Below, piece after piece: positions 62,213-64,000 of a DNA stretch of 64,000 nt. A model generated the notes under the pieces. That model was not told the origin of the DNA, ran no database searches, and saw only the letters and a list, made by a program, of their open reading frames with translations. The DNA comes from Takakia lepidozioides (Eukaryota > Plantae > Bryophyta), in assembly GCA_030704615.1 (NCBI GenBank), contig CM060732.1:18166001-18230000 (forward strand), read 5' to 3'. Positions within the stretch are counted from its first letter, which is position 1, and each line of letters opens with the position of its first letter. The position numbers were made by a program, and so were the translations under genes.

Positions 62213-64000
62213 ATGGGAGAAATTATGGACAAGCATGAGTATTCTGATGTGAGATCACGAATGGTTGCCAAAAGACAAAGCACTCATGGTTGGGACTCGA
62301 GCATTTTCCTGGATGAGAGAGAGGGGATGGGTATACGCCGAACTGGTAATCATCTCCAACCTACTTTTTCCCAATCGAAGCCCTCAATTCAGCATACAGG
62401 AAACCACAACCGGGCCGCCGGATTAGAACGGGATGATACTAGTCGGTATATTCGTCGACCTTCCTCCACATCTGCAATGGAAAAGATCTTGTCACCTACA
62501 AGATCGCAACCTAAGGATCCGTCACGGAAAAGAGGGCGGGAGGAACATGTAGAAAGTGGTAGCTTGGCTAGATTACAGAGAAACCGACGTTCGCCAGAAG
62601 CCATTGCTGGCAGTGTACATTCGCAACCTCTCAAACGTGTAAGAGAGGGGCATGGAACCATTGGCAATCCTTCAGAGGCTCTCAGAGTGGTTCGAGAGAC
62701 GGGCAAGGCAACGTTTGATGGATTTTGTAGAAAAGATGGAGAGCCTGAAGATGGTCAGCTTAGTTCGGCCTCTTCACTCCTTTCCAGAAGGTGGCTGTCT
62801 GATGAAATCCCTGTGTACTCTGATGCGGGAAGAGCCAAGCAATCCAAACAGACTACTTCTCTGAGCCGACAGCTTGGTGGCAATAGGAACAATATTTCTG
62901 AGGCTGAGAGAGGTGTAGCTTCCCCCCGGCTTAAGGATCGCCTCGTATTTCCCACAGGAACTTGTGAAGATGTAATGGCCCGGCCTAGTTCTTGCAGTTC
63001 CAGGCTTTCAGAGCCGAGTTCGGAGGCCTTGAAGCATCCTGTCAGGGAACATGCTTTTGCAACAAAGCGGGAGCCATCATCATATTCATTGGGTAAGCGC
63101 TGTGAAGTTGAGAGCAGGTTGGACCAGTTGTTAATACCAAGCAGTAGAGAGCATTCACTCATCCTGTCATCAAGGGACAAATCAGATACTCAGAAAAGGT
63201 TGGACCATTTGTTATCACCAAACAGTAGAGAGCATTCACTCTCATCAAGGGACAAATCAGATACTCAGAAAAGGTTATTATCACCAAGCAGTAGAGAGCA
63301 GTCACTCATCATCTCGTCAAGGCACAATTTCGATGCTCGGAAAAGGTTGGACCAATTGTTATCACCAAGCCGTAGAGGGCATGCGCCCATCATCTCATCA
63401 ACGGACAAATCAGATGCTCGGAAAAGATTGCGACCTTTGGAAGATTTGCACAGGCCGGTTGTGGGGTCTCGAAGTCCTAATGTACCACGACAAACCACGA
63501 ATGTAAAGAGCCAACCACAAGATGGCGATGTCCGCAGGGAGGGTAGTTTGATTAGTATACCTGCAAGGAGGACGACAGGGAGTAGCAGGTTAGGGGAGGA
63601 AGCTACCAGAGCTGGTTCCCCACAACGGCGGTCAGTGAACTCACTCAATGTCAAGGTGAAGAAAGAAGGCCAATCTGATGTAATGGCTATCTTGAAATCT
63701 CAGCTTTCAAGAGAAGAGATTGAGCTCGGGAAGGAAGTACAACACAGACGTGGTAAGCAACACTCCTATTGTGGTGAGGGGAAGTATAAGGAGTGCTTGA
63801 TTTTTTCTGATACTCAAAAGACTGCACCAAAGACATTGGTGGCTCAAGCAGATAGTAAGGTAGACAAAAAGTCATTGCAGGCTGCGCGATTACAGGAAGA
63901 TGCTCCAAAATTGCATCAGGAGAAGGTGTTGCGGTCTGAAAATGTTGCAAAGGTGCTGCCCTTGCAGAGTATTCCTCAAGAAGAATTGGAAGTTATACAT
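62213..64000 (+). CDS. Long open reading frame (>=596 codons, runs off the window), Ser/Arg-rich, probably a host gene
   Basis: Manual translation MGEIMDKHEYSDVRSR...PQEELEVIH shows no stop. Absent from the ORF track because it has no terminator in the window. Confidence 0.7.
   Translation, partial: MGEIMDKHEYSDVRSRMVAKRQSTHGWDSSIFLDEREGMGIRRTGNHLQPTFSQSKPSIQHTGNHNRAAGLERDDTSRYIRRPSSTSAMEKILSPTRSQPKDPSRKRGREEHVESGSLARLQRNRRSPEAIAGSVHSQPLKRVREGHGTIGNPSEALRVVRETGKATFDGFCRKDGEPEDGQLSSASSLLSRRWLSDEIPVYSDAGRAKQSKQTTSLSRQLGGNRNNISEAERGVASPRLKDRLVFPTGTCEDVMARPSSCSSRLSEPSSEALKHPVREHAFATKREPSSYSLGKRCEVESRLDQLLIPSSREHSLILSSRDKSDTQKRLDHLLSPNSREHSLSSRDKSDTQKRLLSPSSREQSLIISSRHNFDARKRLDQLLSPSRRGHAPIISSTDKSDARKRLRPLEDLHRPVVGSRSPNVPRQTTNVKSQPQDGDVRREGSLISIPARRTTGSSRLGEEATRAGSPQRRSVNSLNVKVKKEGQSDVMAILKSQLSREEIELGKEVQHRRGKQHSYCGEGKYKECLIFSDTQKTAPKTLVAQADSKVDKKSLQAARLQEDAPKLHQEKVLRSENVAKVLPLQSIPQEELEVIH

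Noticed and set aside
62389-63950. Minus-strand ORFs in the ORF track
   Set aside because: They are antisense shadows of the long plus-strand ORF starting at 62213.

Overview
A eukaryotic, almost entirely transposon-derived window. The DYW-PPR and F-box/kelch remnants point to a non-seed land plant, probably a moss (inference). 1-26.8 kb is a ~14.04-kb tandem duplication. It is built from two minus-strand Penelope-like (Naiad/Chlamys-type RT) retroelements with no recognisable endonuclease, two related ~1.8-2.1 kb non-coding unit families with shared structured ends, and LINE 3' fragments. 26.8-53 kb is a nest of elements: a CACTA end, a hAT MITE, a decayed MULE-like/SWIM transposase, two paralogous intron-containing beta-class (N4C/N6A-type) DNA methyltransferase-like genes, and a Ty3/Gypsy element. 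The Gypsy polyprotein carries a DNMT3-like C5-cytosine methyltransferase between protease and RT and a C-terminal PHD finger, and the element sits inside an intron of one of the amino-methyltransferase genes. 53-64 kb holds an F-box/kelch pseudogene, two 5'-truncated L1-type LINEs and an unlisted >=596-codon ORF running off the window end. Many frameshifts are 1-bp homopolymer indels that differ between duplicated copies, so some elements may be intact. All calls come from reading motifs by eye; element boundaries are approximate unless a TSD or TIR is quoted.
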